Source: Prorocentrum cordatum (Eukaryota). From it: a DNA stretch of 64,000 nucleotides. The position numbers and the translations under genes are program-made. The stretch is from contig CAUYUJ010000067.1 in the NCBI GenBank assembly GCA_963575745.1, positions 1-64,000 of the forward strand, given 5' to 3'. The notes under the pieces are model-generated. The model made no database searches, had not been told where the DNA came from, and worked only from the letters and a program-made list of their open reading frames with translations. How positions within the stretch are numbered: the first letter of the stretch is position 1; each line of letters begins with the position of its first letter. This document shows, piece after piece, positions 13,043 through 25,300 of this stretch.

Positions 13043-13915
13043 TATTGCACCACGTAGACTGCACCACATAGACTGCACCACATAGTCTGCATCACATAGC
13101 TTACACCACATATATTGAACCGCGGATATTACACCACATAGCTTCCACCACATATCGTGCACCACATAGATTGCATCACATAGCTTACACCACATCGATT
13201 GCACCGCATAGAGCGCACGCACGATGTAGCTTACACCACGCAAATTGCACGACAGAGATTGCACGCACCACAAAGCCTACACCACATAGATTGCACAACA
13301 TAGGGTGCACGAACCAAGTAGCTTACACCACATAGTTCGCACCACAAATATTGTACGCGTTACTTAACGCACACCACATCTATTGCACCACATAGAGTGC
13401 ACGGAGCACATAGCTTACACCACAGATATTGCATGCACCACATAGCTTACACCACATATTTTGCACCACAACGATTACACGCAGCACATAGCGCTTACCA
13501 CATATATTGCACAACAGAGAGTGCACGCACCACATAGCTTGCACTCATAGATTGCACCACATGAAGTGCACGCACCACATAGCTTGCAGCACAGATATTG
13601 CACCACAGAGATTGCCCGCACCACAAAGCCTACACCACATAGATTGCACCACAGAGGTTGCACGCACCACGTAGCCTATACCACATATATTGCACCACAC
13701 ATATTGCACGCGCCACGTAGCTTACACCACATATATTGGACCGCATAGAGTGCACGCACCACATAGCTTACACCAAATAGATTGCATCACAGAGAATGCA
13801 CGCACCACATAGCTTGAACCATATAGATTGCACCACAGAGGTTGCACGCACCACTAAGGTTACAGCACATATATTGCACCACATGGGGTGCACGCGCTAC
13901 ACACCTCACACCACA
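12828..13915 (+). repeat. CACCACATAG(ATTG/CTTA) ~14 bp minisatellite with (TA)n tract
   Basis: Directly visible; (TA)n at ~12998-13045. Confidence 0.9.
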
Positions 13916-13927
13916 TTCCAATACGTT

Positions 13928-15315
13928 TCCAAGAGGACCCCAAGACGGTTCTAAGAGGGCCCATGTCCAACTCCGAGTTGGACATGGCCAAGGCCCTGGG
14001 AAGAGCCCAAGAGGGCCCCAAGACGTTTCCAAGATGGCCCCAAGAGAATCCCAAGAGGGCCCCAGACCAACTCTATGGCATAGAATTGGTTTGGGGCCCT
14101 CTTGGGGGCCTCTTGGAGCCGTCCTGGGGCCCTCTTGGGCCCCTCTGACGGCCCCGGGAAGGGTCCCAAAAGGCCCCGAGCGGGTTCCAAGAAGCTCGAA
14201 GAGGGCCCCAAGAGGCTCCCATGAGGGCCTCGAGATCGGTCACGCGACAAAGGCGTCGCGTGACCGCTCTTGGGGACCTCTTGGGGCCGTCTTGGGGCCC
14301 TCCTGGGCCCTTCCGAGGGCCCTGGGAAGGGGCCAAGAAGGCCCCAAGAGCGCTCTAAGAGGGCCCTAAGAGGGTCCCAAGAAGGGCCCAAGAGCGCATG
14401 TCGTGTGCATGTCGTCGTCGTTCTGGGCCCCATGTCCACGACATGCGCACGACATGCGCGATAAGAGCCCTCTGGGGGCTCTCTCGGAACCTGCTTGGGG
14501 CTATATTGGGCCCCTCTTGGAGCCGTCTTGGGGTTCTCTTGGGCCCTTCCGAAGGCCCCGGGAAGGGTCCAAAAGGGCCCCGAGAGGGCTCCAAGGGGCT
14601 CCAAGAGGGCCCCAAGAGGCCCCCAAGAGGGCCCCGAGATCGGTCACGCGAGAGAGGCTTCGCGTAAACGCTCTTGGGAGTTTCTTGGAACCGTTATGGG
14701 GCTCTCTTGGGCCCCTCCGACGGCCCTGGGAAGGGTCCAGGAGGGTCGACGGGGCCTGGGAAGGGCCATTTCTTTTATGTCATAGGGGCCGATGTGTCGC
14801 GGGCGGGTCGCGAGGCGGGTGGGTCGCGGGTGGGTCGCAGGCGCTGCGCCCGCCTGCCCGCGCCCTCACTGTTATCCGCAATTGCGGGGTGCTACGTATC
14901 CCCCCCGTGGCCATCTTGGGCCTTTCCTGGGGGCCCGCTTCGGGCCCTGTCGGGGGCCCTCTTGGAGCCCTCTTGGGGCACTCTTGGAGGCCTCGGCCCC
15001 CTCCAAGACGGCCTGGGAGGGCTCCAGGACGGCCCCAAGGATGCCCCAAGTGAGTTCCAGAGGCCCCAAGTGCGGCGTGCAATTGCACACCTTCCTTGGG
15101 GCCATCTTCTTGGGGCCCTCGGGCCTCTTCAAGACGGCCTGGGAGGGCTCCAAGAGGGAGTTCGAATGTCACGGAGTGGGTGCAAGACGGCCTGGGAGGG
15201 CTCGGCTCCAAGAGGGCGTCCAAATATCACGGAGTCGGTGCAAGACGGCCTGGGAAGGACCCAAGAGGGAACTACAATGTCACGGAATCGGTGCAAGTCG
15301 GCCTGGGAGGGCTCC
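13928..15315. repeat. GGCCTCTTGG-family satellite in mixed orientations
   Basis: Alternating ccaagagggccc and gggccctcttgg blocks, the same family as 1-1830. Confidence 0.8.
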
Positions 15316-15775
15316 ACGACGACGACGACGACGACGCAACGGGGGCAGCTCACGACGACGACGACAGCTCACGAAGACGACGACGACGACGACGACGACG
15401 ACGAAGACGACGACGACAGCTTACGAACTTCTGGCGGTTGAGGGCGGCAAGTGTGGCCACGCCCGTCCACCACTCTGTCCCTCTTTCCGCCCTCCCCTCC
15501 CCTCATCCCCCATCACTCCGGCCTCTCCGTCCATCTGTCCCCTCCCTCCTTTCCTCCCCGGTCGGTTTTCTGGCCATGGCTCGGGCCTCCGGCGGCCGCT
15601 CGGGACGATTCCCGCACCCCCGGGACACACTTTTCCATCCCGGGTCATTTTGTGACGGCTCCGGGGTCTGGAAGCGGCCCCAGGGGGCCGAAAACGACAA
15701 ACAACTGCCTCGAATCTCGAAGTCTTCTTCCTCCTCCTCCTCCTCCTCCTCCTCCTCCTCCTCCTCCTCCTCTTC
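15316..15775 (+). repeat. (GAC)n (15316-15418) and (CCT)n (15729-15773) microsatellites
   Basis: Directly visible. Confidence 0.9.
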
Positions 15776-15981
15776 CATGACGGGGCGCTGCTGTTCAACC
15801 CTATCGATTAGCTACTTCTTCTCTGGTTTTCGGCGTAATGCCAGGGTTACCCTGAACTTACCCAAGCATTTCAAAGTGTTGTGAAACAGCACTAAATACA
15901 ACCTCATTATTCTGGGACCGGCCTGGGGCTTGAAAGTATAGGGTCACTTTGAATTTACCGACGAAGCATAAAAGCTTCGGC

Positions 15982-18900
15982 CACACTAGCATCGTCGACA
16001 TGTAATTCCAAACACTGAATTCAAAATGTTGTTGCTCTTTTAAAAAAGCAGACGGACGCGTCGACTTTTCTTAATGTGGACGTTATATGACTCAGATGCG
16101 TGCGCGTGCGACAGAGTTCTGTATTGTCTGTCCACATTCGCCAAAATGGCATGGAATCCCACAAATTGAAATAAACATTTCTGTGGCTTTTTAAGGAGGC
16201 CGACGGACGCGTCGACTTTTCTGGCGTGGACAATACAGAACTCAGACGCGCGCGCGCGCGCGACAGAGTTCTGTATTGTCCACAATAGAATAGGTGACAT
16301 GCATTTCCAAAGACTGAATTCAAAAATTCAGTGGCTCTTTAAGGAGGCCGACGGACGCGTCCACATTTCGAGTGTGGACAATACAGAACTCAGACGCGCG
16401 CGCGCGACAGAGTCTTGTGTTGTCCAGAATATAAAAGTCGACATGTGGTTCCAAGAACTGAATCCAAAATTTCTATGGCCCTTTAGAGTGGCCGACGGGC
16501 GCGTCGACTTTTCTATTGTGTGTAAAACTCAGACGCGCGCTCGCGCGACAGAGTTCTGTATTGTCCACAATAGCAAAGTCGACATGTAATTCCAAAAACA
16601 GAATTAAACAATTCTGTGGGTCTTTAAGGAGGCCGACGGACGCGTCCACCTCTTTCTAGTGTGGACAATACAGGACGCAGACGCGCGCGCGCGCGACAGA
16701 GTTCTGTATTGTCCACATTAGCATCGTCGACATGCGATTGCAAAAACTGAATTCAAAATTTCTGTGGCCTTCTAAGGAGGCAAACGGACGCGTTCACCAT
16801 TCTAGTGTGGACAATACAGAACTCAGACGCGCGCGCGCGCGACAGAGTTCTGTATTGTCCACAATAGCAAAATCGACATGTGATCCCAAAAACTGAATTC
16901 AAAATTTCTGTGGCTCTTTAAAGAGGCCGACGGACGCGTCAATTTTTCTAGTGTAGACAAGGCAGAACTCAGACGCGCGCGCGCGACAGAGTTCTGTCTT
17001 GTCCACACTAGCAAAGTCGACATGTGATTCCAAAACCTGAATTCAAAATTTTTGCGGCCCTTGAAGGAGGCCGACGGACGCGTCGTGTTTTCTGTTGTGG
17101 ACAGTACAGAACTCAGACGCGCGCGCGCGCGACAGAGTTCTGTATTGTCCACAACAGAAACAGTCGACATGTAATTCCAAAAACGGAATTCAAAATGTCC
17201 GTGGCCATTTAAGGACGCCGACGGACGCGTCGTGTTTTCTATTGTGGAAAATGCAGAACTCAGACGCGCGCGCGCGCGACAGAGTTCTGTATAGTCCACG
17301 ATAAAATAGGTGCCATGTATCTCCAAAAACTGAATTCAAAATTTATGTGGCTCTTTGAGGAGGCCGGCGGACGCGTCCACATAGCTAGTGTGGACAATAC
17401 AGAACTCAGAAGCGCGCGACAGAGTTCTGTATTGTCCACATTCGCATAGTCGACTTGTGATTGCAAGAACTGAATTCAAACTTTCTGTGGCTCTTTAAGG
17501 AGGCCGACGGACGCGTCGACTCTTCTATTGTGGACAATACAGAACTCAGACGCGCGCGCGCGCGACAGAGTTCTGTATTGTCCACATTAGCATAGTCGAC
17601 ATGTAATTCCCGAACTGAATTCAAAATTTCTGTGGCTCTTTGAGGAGGCCGGCGGACGCGTCGACTTATCTAGTGTGGACCATACAGAACTCAGACGCGC
17701 GCGCGGCAGAGTTCTGTATAGTCCACATTAGGAAAGTCGGCGCGATTTCAAAAACTGAATTCAGAAGTTCGGCGGCTCTTTGAAGAGGCCGACGGACGCG
17801 TCCACCTCTTTCTAGTGTCGACAATACAGGACTCAGACGCGCGCGCGCGACAGAGTTCTGTATTGTCCACAACAGAAAAGTCGACATGTGCTTTCAAAAA
17901 AAGAATTCCAAATTCCGGTGGCTCTTTGAGGAGGCCGACGGACGCGTCGACTGTTCTAGTGTGGGCAATGCAGAACTCAGACGCGCGCGCGCGCGCGACA
18001 GATTTCTGTATTGTCCTCAATAGCAAAGTCGACATGTGATTCCAAAACCTGAATTCAAAATGTGTTGTGGCTCTTTAAGGAGGCCGACGGACGCGCCCAC
18101 ATTTCTAGTGAGGACGCTACAGAATTCAGACGCTCGCGCGACAGAGTTCTGTATTGTCCACAGTATAAAAGCCGACATGTGATTCCAAAAACTGAATTCA
18201 AAAATTCTGTGGCTCTTTGAGGAGGCCGGCGGTCGCGTCGACTTTTCTAGTGTGGACAATACAGAACTCAGACGCGCGCGACAGAGTTCTGTATAGTCCA
18301 CATTCGCACAGTTGACATGTGCTTTCAAAAAAGAATTCCAAATTCCCGTGGCTCTATGAGAAGGCCGACGGACGCGTCGACTTTTCTATTGTGGGCAATA
18401 CAGAACTCAGACGCGCGCGCGAGACAGAGCTCTGTATTGTCCACAATAAGATAGGTGGCATGAATCTCCAAAAACTGAGTTCAAAATTTCTGTGGCTCTT
18501 CAAGGAGGCCGACGAACGCGTCCGCATTACGAGCGTGGACAATGCAGAACTCAGACGCGCGCGCGCGCGACAGAGTCCTTTGTTGTCCAGAATTTAAAAG
18601 TCTGCATGTAATTCCAAAAACTAAATTCAAAAATTCGGTGGCTCTTTGAGGAGGCCGGCGGGCGCGTCGACTTTTCTAGTGTGTATATGTCAGACGCCGC
18701 GCGCGCGCGACAGAGTTCTGAATTCTCCACAATAGCACAGTCGACATGTAATTCCAAAAACAGAATTCAAAATTTATGTGGCTCTTTAAGGAGGCCGACG
18801 GACGCGTCGACTTTTCTGTTGCGGACAATACAGAACTCAGACGCGCGCGCGCGCGACAGAGTTCTGTATTGTTCACAATAGACCAGGTGACATGTATCTC

Positions 18901-19925
18901 CAAAAACAGAATTCAAAATTTATGTGGCTCTTTGAGGAGGCCGGCGGACGCATCGACTTTTCTAGTGTGGGCAATGCAGAACTCCGACGCGCGCGCGCGC
19001 GCGACAGAGTTCTTGTATTGTCCCCATTAGCATGGTCGACATGTAATTCCAAAAACTGAATTCAAACTTTCTGTGGCTCTTCCAGGAGGCCGACGGACGC
19101 GTCGACTCTTCTATTCTGGACAGTACAGAACTCAGACGCGCGCGCGCGACAGACTTCTGAATCGTCCACATTAGCATAGTCGACATGAATGTCCAAACGC
19201 TGAATTCAAAATTTCTGTGGTTTTCTAAGGGGGCGGACGGACGCGTAGACTTTTCTCTAGTGTGGACAATGCAGAACTCAGACGCGCGCGCGAGAGTTCT
19301 GTACTGTCCACAATAGACTAGGTGACATGTAAAGCCAAACACAGAATTCAAAATTTCTGTGGCTCTTCAAGGAGGCCGGCGGACGCGTCGACTTTTCTAG
19401 TGTGGGCAATACAGAACTCAGACGCGCGCGCGCGCGCGACAGAGTTCTGTATTGTCCACAATCGCAAAATCGGCATGTGATCCCAAAAACTGAATTCAAA
19501 ATTTCTGTGGCTCTTTAAGGAGGCCGACGGACGCGTCGACTCTTCTATTGTGGACAATACAGAACTCAGACGCGCGCGCGCGCGACAGAGTTCTGCATTG
19601 TCCACATAAGCATAATCGACATGTAATTCCGAAAAAATGAATTCAAAATTTCTGTGGCTCTCTAAGGAGGCCGACGGACGCGACGATTTTTCTAGTGTGG
19701 ACAATACAGAACTCAGACGCGCGCGCGCGACAGAGTTCTGTATTGTCCACAATGATTTCCAAAAACTGAATTCAAAATGCCTGTGGCTTTTTAACGAGGC
19801 CGACGGACGCGTCCACTTGTCTAGTGTGGGCAATGCAAAAGTCAGAAGCGCGCGCGACAGAGTTTTTGCATTGTCCACACTAGAACAGTCGACATGTAAT
19901 TCCACAAACTGAATTCAAACATTCT
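15982..19925 (+). repeat. Tandem satellite C (array 2), ~145 bp palindromic unit, ~27 copies
   Basis: Same unit and orientation as 8931-11570. Confidence 0.95.
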
Positions 19926-20283
19926 ATGTACAGGGCATCTGTCTGCCCCCCCCCCGTCGCCGTCGCACCGCGCGGAGAGTTTCGGAAACAAGTGGAAGGT
20001 CCATCTGTCGCGGCCCCGCCGGTCGCTGTCGCACCGTTAGCCAACCTGCGTGATTTGTGCTGCGCATGTGTGTGCCCCCCCCCCCCGTCGCCGTCGCACC
20101 AAAAATATTGCGTGCCGCGCGTGCTTGAACTGAGCTGTCCACGGCGAGCATATCGCACATCGCACAGCTCATTTGACCGATTAAAAAATGGCCCGTGCGA
20201 CGACATATCGTTTTTGCGCATTTGTCCACGACGGGCCCGTTGCCGCCGCACTTGGGAGATCCCGTCGGGGGGGGGCCCTTCAT

Positions 20284-21426
20284 CAGTAGTGAGCACGCGC
20301 CACGCGCGCGCGCGCGTATGCGCGTCGTTGGAGGTGCCATCCGCTGATTGGAAGCGGCCCCAAGAGAGCGCCCATGAAGGAATCCTCCAGGATGGAGGGT
20401 TCGAAAGATCCTCCACAAACCAACAGAATCCGTCTGGGCCCCTGGGATTCCTGGGGGGTCCCGGGCGACGCAAAGGGGCATGCTTCAAATTTGGGGGCAC
20501 GGCCGCAATTTGAAAATATTCTTCTCCGGGCGCCTCCGGCGGAGCCTGGAGGGATGGAGGGTTGGAGTTTAATTTGAACGAGATTCCCAATAATATCTGC
20601 GAAACACATTCGAACGAACCGGGTCAACTTACGGGGGCGCCCCGTCATTTCCAACCCTCGCCCTCCTCGTCTTCCTCGTCCTCCTCGTCCTCGTCGTCGT
20701 CCTCCCCCCCCTCCCCCCAGGATGACCGAAATCAAATTAAAATCGGCCCCCGGGCCCTTCCCGGGGCCCCCTCCGAAGCAGTTTTTCACCCTGGATCGAT
20801 TTTCGACGATCCCGGGGCCCGAAAGCGGCGTCCAGAGGCGTAAAACGACAAAAAACTCATCAAACCTGGATCCTCGAGGTTCGAACCTCCCCTTCCGTTC
20901 CCAGCGCCGACGACGCCTCAAATCCTACGAAGACGCCTGCGCGGAAGCGGCGCGTGGGCTGAGCTCGGGAGGGCCGCGCTCACGCCCGCCGCCTGAAACC
21001 CGTGGAGTTGGGCTGCCGCCGCTGTGGTGGACGAGATGGCCGCGTCTCCGATGACGCCAGCTATTTTCGTCGACCCCTGAGGTTCGAAGTCCGAGGCGGG
21101 TTTCCGGCGTCGTAGCCTGTGGAGGCCATTTTCGGGGCCCAGGACCGTCAGAAATCAATCCGGAACGACAAACTGCGCCCCGGGGGTGCCGGAGTCATGC
21201 CGAACGGCCACCAGAGTCCCCGAGACCGAATTATGGCCCGATAACCGACTGGGTCGGGTCGGCGTTCACGTCCAGGTTCGAGCCTCAAGCCTCGAAGACC
21301 GAGATCCTCTGGCCCCTGGTGGCTCTCCTCGTCGCCACGGCCGGACGCGGCGCGGAAAACTGGTGCGCTCGGGCCCCGGGAGGGTTCCAGGGTCCCATTT
21401 CAATCGGGTTTTGGCCGACGGGGGCG

Positions 21427-21488
<62 letters not shown>

Positions 21489-22421
21489 AGCAGTCAGCGC
21501 AACTTCCCGGCAACATGCGCGTAGGGGCACTCGCGCATGGCTGTTTTTTGGTGGGGGAAGATGGGGGCGGACAGCGCGATGGAACCCCCAGCTCGCTCAC
21601 CCTACCACGCGATGAAAGCATATGGTACACGCGCAGGGGCAAACATTTAGTGAGCAGCCCTCGGGGCAAGCGTTCGGTCAACGGCCCTTGCGTTATGCAT
21701 GTCAACCCTACGCGGGGGAAGGAGGAGAGGAATGGAGGGGGGGGGAGGAGGAGGAGGAGGAGGAAGAGGACGACGAGGGACTTGATGCGAAAATGACACC
21801 CTCGAGCGACAACTGTCGGTATCGCACGGAATTGTAACAAAAATTGGATTGAACTTCGTCTTGCCGAGACAGGGTAAGCAGGGCAGAGAAAGGGAGGGAG
21901 GGGGGAACACGTGGCACTCAGAACGGGGTTCACAGGCGCGGCCTCGAAAATCTGCAATGGCCCTGGAGTCGGACTCGCGCTGGGGAAACATGTCCTCAGA
22001 AGCACTGCGCAAACAGGTCGTCATGAACAGTGGACAGGAATCCGTTGAACCCCTTGCGAAGAGGGGGCGCCAGGCAGAAATTCCCCGCAAGCTTCTCAGA
22101 AGCATGCGATATCGAATGGGCCGGCACACCCTAACAGCAGCAACCAGGAATCAATTTGAGGGTAGCATCCGCGCGGCGGCGGGCGCTGAAAACCGGACGC
22201 AGCACGACTGTGAAGCAGAAGAGCAAAGCGTCCCGCGATCGCGAAGCAGAAGGAAGCGCCCCACGACTACGAGGTAGAATAACGAATCAAGTAGAAAACG
22301 AGGCAGGAAGGAGAAGCCAGCCCGAGGGTGGCACGGGAAGGGGAAGCAAACCTCGAACTTCTATTCAGCACGCGCAATGACGAAGCGCACTGGAAGCGCA
22401 CTCGGTTGAATCAGCGCCAAG
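20284..22421 (-). repeat. Right terminal inverted repeat (~2.1 kb)
   Basis: Reverse complement of 2641-4727, with an extra ~55 bp at ~21213-21267. Confidence 0.9.
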
Positions 22422-22688
22422 TATAGGGCTATTGAGCTATAGGGCTATAGAGCTATAGGGCGATAGAGTCGTACGGCTATAGGGCTATAGGGCAATTGGG
22501 CTATAGGGCCATAGGGCTATAGGGCTTAGGGCTCTAGTTCTATAGGGCACCCCGTGGCACGCCCCGGCACCCGGGCACCCGGGCACCCCCGGGCACCCCC
22601 GTGGCACCCGGCCCCCGGGCACCCCCGGGCACCCGGGCACCCGGGCGTGCAGCGAAAATCGGCGACAAACCTAACCCAACCATATGAA
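22422..22688 (+). repeat. Continuation of the interrupted GGGCTATA/CCCGGGCA unit
   Basis: Ends in gggcgtgcagcgaaaatcggcgacaaacctaacc, identical to ~2541-2574. Confidence 0.85.
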
Positions 22689-23727
22689 TCCGCGAGGCAA
22701 GCTCTGATTGGGGAAAATCCGCTAGGACCCCTGCAGAGGCAAGCGCTGATTTGGGAAAAATGGTGCAAAAATGGTCTGGGGAGTATTTTTTGAGTATGTT
22801 TTCGCTCTTGGGTCGGCCTGGCTTCGTCGACTACACGTAAGAGTGACCTTTCGCCGGAGTGACCTTTGGTGAGGGCCCAATGGGGCCCCCCGGTCACCGA
22901 TTGCGATGCGGTAGTAGCGTCTTGCGCGCCTGAATCTGGTCCCCCCGCGGCCCCCCAAAAAGCCGCGCACCAAAGGTCACTCCTACCCAGGGTCACTCTT
23001 GCGTGTAGCTGACTTCGGCGAACAGGAGCTGGGAGCGTGGAGCAGCCTCGGCCCGCCGATCCCCCCCGCTCGCTCGCGCATCCCCCCCCCAGTCGGTGTT
23101 GGCCATAGGGTCGGCCCGACCACCATCGTCGTTAGGCTTACAATCTCTCGTGATGCCCGGGGCTGGGGCCAGGGCCGGGACCGGAGCAAGTGCCCGAGGC
23201 GGGGGGCGGGTTCCTCTTGAAGCTCCATGGCCGACAGCGAGGCCACCCCCCAGTTCTGAATGGGACCCCCCCCCGGGGTCCTCCCCCCTCCGTCCCCCCT
23301 CCCCCCGGGGCGGGGAAGGGACAAAGTTACGGGGCTGCCCTTCGACGTGATTACGACATTGTTCGACCCGCTGAGTCGTTCGATCTCCCTTACGACGACG
23401 GTTCAAAGGAGGCTGACGTACTTCAGTTTGGGTTGGGCTGACCTCGCGTCGAAGAGCCGCTCATACACGCCGACTGTGTCGGCGGATTTCTGTGTTGTAG
23501 ATGTGGCGCATGCACATGCGTGAACACCGATTGGAACGCATATTTCTACAGGTTCAGTCCCAGGAGATTTGCGTATATGTGCTCACGGTACCCAGCGCTC
23601 GTCTGATGAAGCGTGCAGAGGTACGTGTCATGTCCGCATTGGCATGTCATGTTGTTCATGCGTCATGCGTATTGTCCATGCGACCCCTCCTTGACACAGG
23701 CTCGAAATATCCGTTCGGCTCTCCCGT

Positions 23728-24030
23728 CTGGGCCCCCTCTCGGAGCCGTCTTGGTGGCCTCTTGGGCCGTCTTGGGGCGATCATGGGGCCTCTTAAGCTG
23801 TCTGGGTGCGCCGGCAGGCCAAAAATAGGCGAGAAAGCCAAAATCCTTCAACAACCTTAGGACAACAAATAATTTGTGCCTCTTGACGCCCTCTTGGGAG
23901 GCCTCTTGGGGCGTCTTGGGGGTCTCTTGGGCCGTGTTGAGGTCATCTTGGGAGTATTGGGGCGATCCTCCGCGACTCGGGGTCCTCTGGGGGCCGTCTT
24001 CAGGGCCTCTTGGGGGCCCTCTTGGGCCCG
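23728..24030 (+). repeat. GGCCTCTTGG-family satellite with anchor block
   Basis: aaatccttcaacaaccttaggacaa at ~23841 matches ~467-491. Confidence 0.75.
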
Positions 24031-24447
24031 GAAAGAGTCACGCGACAGCGCTTCCTGCAGCCCAGTGGGCGCACGTCAGGCCACTGGAGATTTGAGAATT
24101 TGTGGTCCTCCTCCTCCTCCTCCTCCTCCTCCTCCTCCTCCGGGCCCCTGAGAGATTCTTCAGGAGTGGAGACCGAGGATCAGGGGATGGGCAGAGGACC
24201 TGAGGACATGCCCGCTCCGTGCCCCGCGGCACGGCGGGGGGTCTGACCCTTCAGGAGCCCTCTGGTGGGGGTCCTCGGCGGGCCCTCTGGGGGCACCGCG
24301 GTAGCCCCTGGGTCCTCTTGCGGACCTCGTTGGCCCTGTGCCCTTCCACGCAGAGTGGACAACCACACATGTCAAGGGTTAAGTCGGGCGTGCCCCTCGA
24401 CGGGGGGAACATTCAAAAGTAGGAAAGAGCGTGTTCTACCACTGCTG

Positions 24448-25300
24448 GCGGAAAACGGGGGGGGGTCACTACCTGTTCGAAACCCCCTCCCCTCGAAAAC
24501 AGGGGGGGGGGGTCACTACCGGTTCGAACCCCTCCCCCCCCCTCCAGTCCATCGTGAAAAGGGGGGGGGTCACTACCGGTTCGAAGCCCCCCCCCTCGAA
24601 AATCGGCGGGGACAGTGGTGACAGTGGGGGAACGGTGTGGTGGGGAGTGGTGGGGACTGGGGATAGTGGGAGAGTGATGGGGACAGTGGGACGGTGGGAC
24701 AGCACAGTGAGACAGCGGCGGGGACAGCGGGACTGGTGGGTACAGTGGGGACAGTGGGACAGTGGTGGGGGCCGTGGTGAAAGTGTGGAGAGTGGTGGGG
24801 GTGGGGGGAGGGGGGGGTTCGAATCGGTAGTGACCCCCCCCGGTTTTCCGGAAGGGGGGCCCGGGGGGCTTCGAGCCGGTCACCCCCCGGGTTTTCCCGG
24901 AGGGGTTCGAACCAGTAACGCCCCCCGGTTTTCCGGAGGGGGCAGGGGTGGGGGGTCGAACCCGTAGTGACCCTCCCCGGTTTTCTGGAGGGGGCGGGTT
25001 CGAACCGGCAGTGACCCCCCCTCTGGTTTTCCGGAGGGGGGGGGGTTCGACCGGTATACCTTCCGGTTTTCCTGAGGGGGGTGGAGTTCGAACCGGTAGT
25101 GACCCCCCTACCCCCCCGGTTTTCCGGAGGGGGGGGGGGTTCGAACCGGCAGTGACCCCCCCGGTTTTCCGGAGGGGGAGGGGGAGGAGGGAGGTTCGAA
25201 CCGGCAGTGACCCCCCCGGTTTTCCGGAGAGGAGGGGGGGGGGGTTCGAACCGACTCCCCCCGTTTTCCGGAGGGGGGGGGTTCGGGGGAGGGGGGGGTT
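24448..25300. repeat. Inverted arrays of a ~50 bp G-run/GGTTCGAACC unit flanking a GGGACAGTG 9-mer tract
   Basis: About 3 copies of Gn-tcactaccggttcgaaccCn at 24448-24605, then gggacagtg repeats at 24609-24770, then ~9 reverse-complement copies at 24810-25300. Confidence 0.8.

Larger units (their letters stand above)
2641..22421. mobile_element. Giant (~19.8 kb) non-autonomous foldback-like DNA transposon with ~2.1 kb TIRs and TATA TSD
   Basis: Starts CTTGGCGCTGATTCAA (2641) and ends TTGAATCAGCGCCAAG (22421). TATA lies on both sides (2637-2640, 22422-22425). Removing the element plus one TATA restores the flanking GAGCTATAGGGCT repeat. No transposase ORF recognised. Confidence 0.85.

Noticed and set aside
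14905..14919. CCGTGGCCATCTTGG as a second spliced-leader relic
   Set aside because: Partial match lacking CTCAAG, and explained by the surrounding GGCCATCTTGG satellite.
15845..15872. LSU rRNA-like accctgaactta...aagcat
   Set aside because: Short gapped similarity only, with no flanking rRNA sequence.
8931..19925. CRISPR-like array of palindromic repeats
   Set aside because: The intervening sequences are copies of one another, not unique spacers; no cas genes; eukaryotic context.
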